The position numbers and the translations under genes were made by a program. Under the pieces are notes generated by a model. It did not search any database. It had not been told where the DNA came from and saw only the letters and a program-made list of their open reading frames with translations. From the NCBI RefSeq assembly GCF_000315625.1, contig NW_005434400.1:1-36229 (forward strand): a stretch of DNA of 36,229 bases. Direction: 5' to 3'. The DNA comes from Guillardia theta CCMP2712 (lineage: Eukaryota; Protista; Cryptophyta). The first letter of the stretch is position 1; every line of letters begins with the position of its first letter. Positions 35,247 through 36,229 of this stretch are shown one piece after another.

Positions 35247-35381
35247 TTTTGCTGATATCTTCTTCTTCCTCCATGCTCTCTGTATCTTCGTGGCAGCCAT
35301 CCTCTTACGAGCTGCCGATGTCGTGTACCTTGTAACATTTGCACGACTATAGTTCTTTTTCGATCGCCAACCAAACGGCAT
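35247..35381 (-). pseudogene. Truncated N-terminus of a putative capsid protein (MPFGWRSKKNYSRANVTRYTTSAARKRMAATKIQRAWRKKKISAK)
   Basis: ATG in aaaATG context 6 nt after the Rep-frame TAA. 45 open, very basic codons run straight into telomeric repeats. Absent from the ORF track because it is under 60 aa. Confidence 0.65.
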
Positions 35382-35387
35382 TTTGTA

Positions 35388-35996
35388 TTACATCCAACGG
35401 CTGCTTATATACTCGGCAACATCTAAACGTTCACCCCAGTACTTCGCAAGCTAATGCTCACAAAGAATCTTGATGTTAGGAGGGCGCATTTTTCCTTCAG
35501 CCAGATAATACTGGAAAGCATAATAGCACACACGCTTGTGCAGCTCACCGGGCGTCCAGCTTTCAGTGTCTCCGCCGATCTTTTCAGCGATATACTCGCC
35601 AGGCTTGGATTGTAGCTCGTCTCTGTGTTCATTCGACTTCTCGTACAACTCTTGCAAATCTTCATCACTGAATCCTTGCTTATATATCACCACCGACGTT
35701 GGAAGCTCCTTGGCCATGTACTGAAACCCAACTTCATCCGCTTCTAGCTTTCGCCGCTTCACTGGCCTACTCTTCGGATCTTGTTTACGGCGATAATGCT
35801 CCATCGCAAGATCGCCAATATAGTTACGCCACTGTTCTTCCGTCTTCGGTGCCTTCAACTCTCCTTGAATGTGACAATGGTCACCTCCCTTCTTCTCAAG
35901 CATCACAAGACACTTGTTATCTCCAAACAAATCATTGCAAACTGAAGCATAATCCATGGATGGATCGTATGGCTTCACTATCAGGTGTGCCAACAT
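35388..35996 (-). CDS. rep: HUH-superfamily rolling-circle Rep endonuclease (single Tyr, no helicase). 181 aa to TAG at 35451-35453, then 20 more in-frame codons to TAA at 35388
   Basis: Motif I-like AHLIVKP, motif II with upstream Glu (VMLEKKGGDHCHIQG; H40-C-H42), motif III FQYMAKE (Y93xxK), helical C-terminus, no Walker A/B. Confidence 0.82.
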
Positions 35997-36019
35997 CTCT
36001 TGGGTTAACGCTAGTGGGT

Positions 36020-36140
36020 CCCCTTAAATAGACTTTCCCCCTGGACACGTGTCCACCCTTGTTGCGTAACGGTTCTGTAACGGCTCGCCACTTCCTCGCC
36101 ACTTCATCGCCCTCATTCACCGCAGTAAGTCACTACCTAC
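36020..36140 (-). promoter_or_regulatory. Putative promoter/origin region of the HUH element
   Basis: Minus-strand TATTTAA ~30 nt upstream of the Rep ATG, perfect 14-bp palindrome TGGACACGTGTCCA (36042-36055), short direct repeats GTAACGG x2 and CGCCACTTC x2. Confidence 0.45.
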
Positions 36141-36229
36141 TTAGGGTTTAGGGTTTAGGGTTTAGGGTTTAGGGTTTTAGGGTTTAGGGTTTAGGGTTTA
36201 GGGTTTAGGGTTTAGGGTTAGGTTAGGTT
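36141..36229 (+). repeat. Terminal telomeric tract (TTTAGGG)n
   Basis: Runs to the window end with the G-rich strand pointing outward. Confidence 0.98.

Larger units (their letters stand above)
35247..36140 (-). mobile_element. 894-bp endogenous CRESS-like ssDNA virus / HUH element fragment between two telomere tracts
   Basis: Intronless, compact upstream-region > Rep > capsid-like layout on one strand, with sharp junctions to TTTAGGG repeats on both sides. Confidence 0.78.

Noticed and set aside
35383-35391. TTGTATTAC as a CRESS nonanucleotide origin
   Set aside because: One mismatch from TAGTATTAC, no flanking stem, and it overlaps the Rep-frame stop codon; probably chance.

Overview
Eukaryotic (not prokaryotic) chromosome end. 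Short ~45-55 nt spliceosomal introns, flagellar genes and (TTTAGGG)n telomeres suggest a flagellated alga or protist, possibly a cryptophyte such as Guillardia/Hanusia (inference only). Bases 1-28.5 kb carry intron-containing host genes: a SET-domain methyltransferase, an alpha/beta-hydrolase-fold protein, Tctex-1 dynein light chain, a CFAP141-like protein, a UCH deubiquitinase, a DCX+LRR protein, a membrane protein and a U-box/pseudokinase/TM/ARM protein. The same region holds a 6-kb array of eight divergently paired 71-74 aa microprotein genes that share a C-terminal motif under visible purifying selection. The last ~6.9 kb (29345-36229) is a telomeric accretion zone in which (TTTAGGG)n tracts alternate with foreign elements. 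These are (i) two head-to-tail copies of an RT-less, (AAT)n-tailed telomere-inserted element, one interrupted by a 1972-bp TIR transposon with a GAT target-site duplication, and (ii) an 894-bp fragment that looks like a small ssDNA (CRESS-like) virus, with a helicase-less HUH Rep followed by an Arg/Lys-rich capsid-like N-terminus cut off by telomere repeats. No database searches were run; gene calls rest on motifs read by eye, and splice sites are manual predictions.
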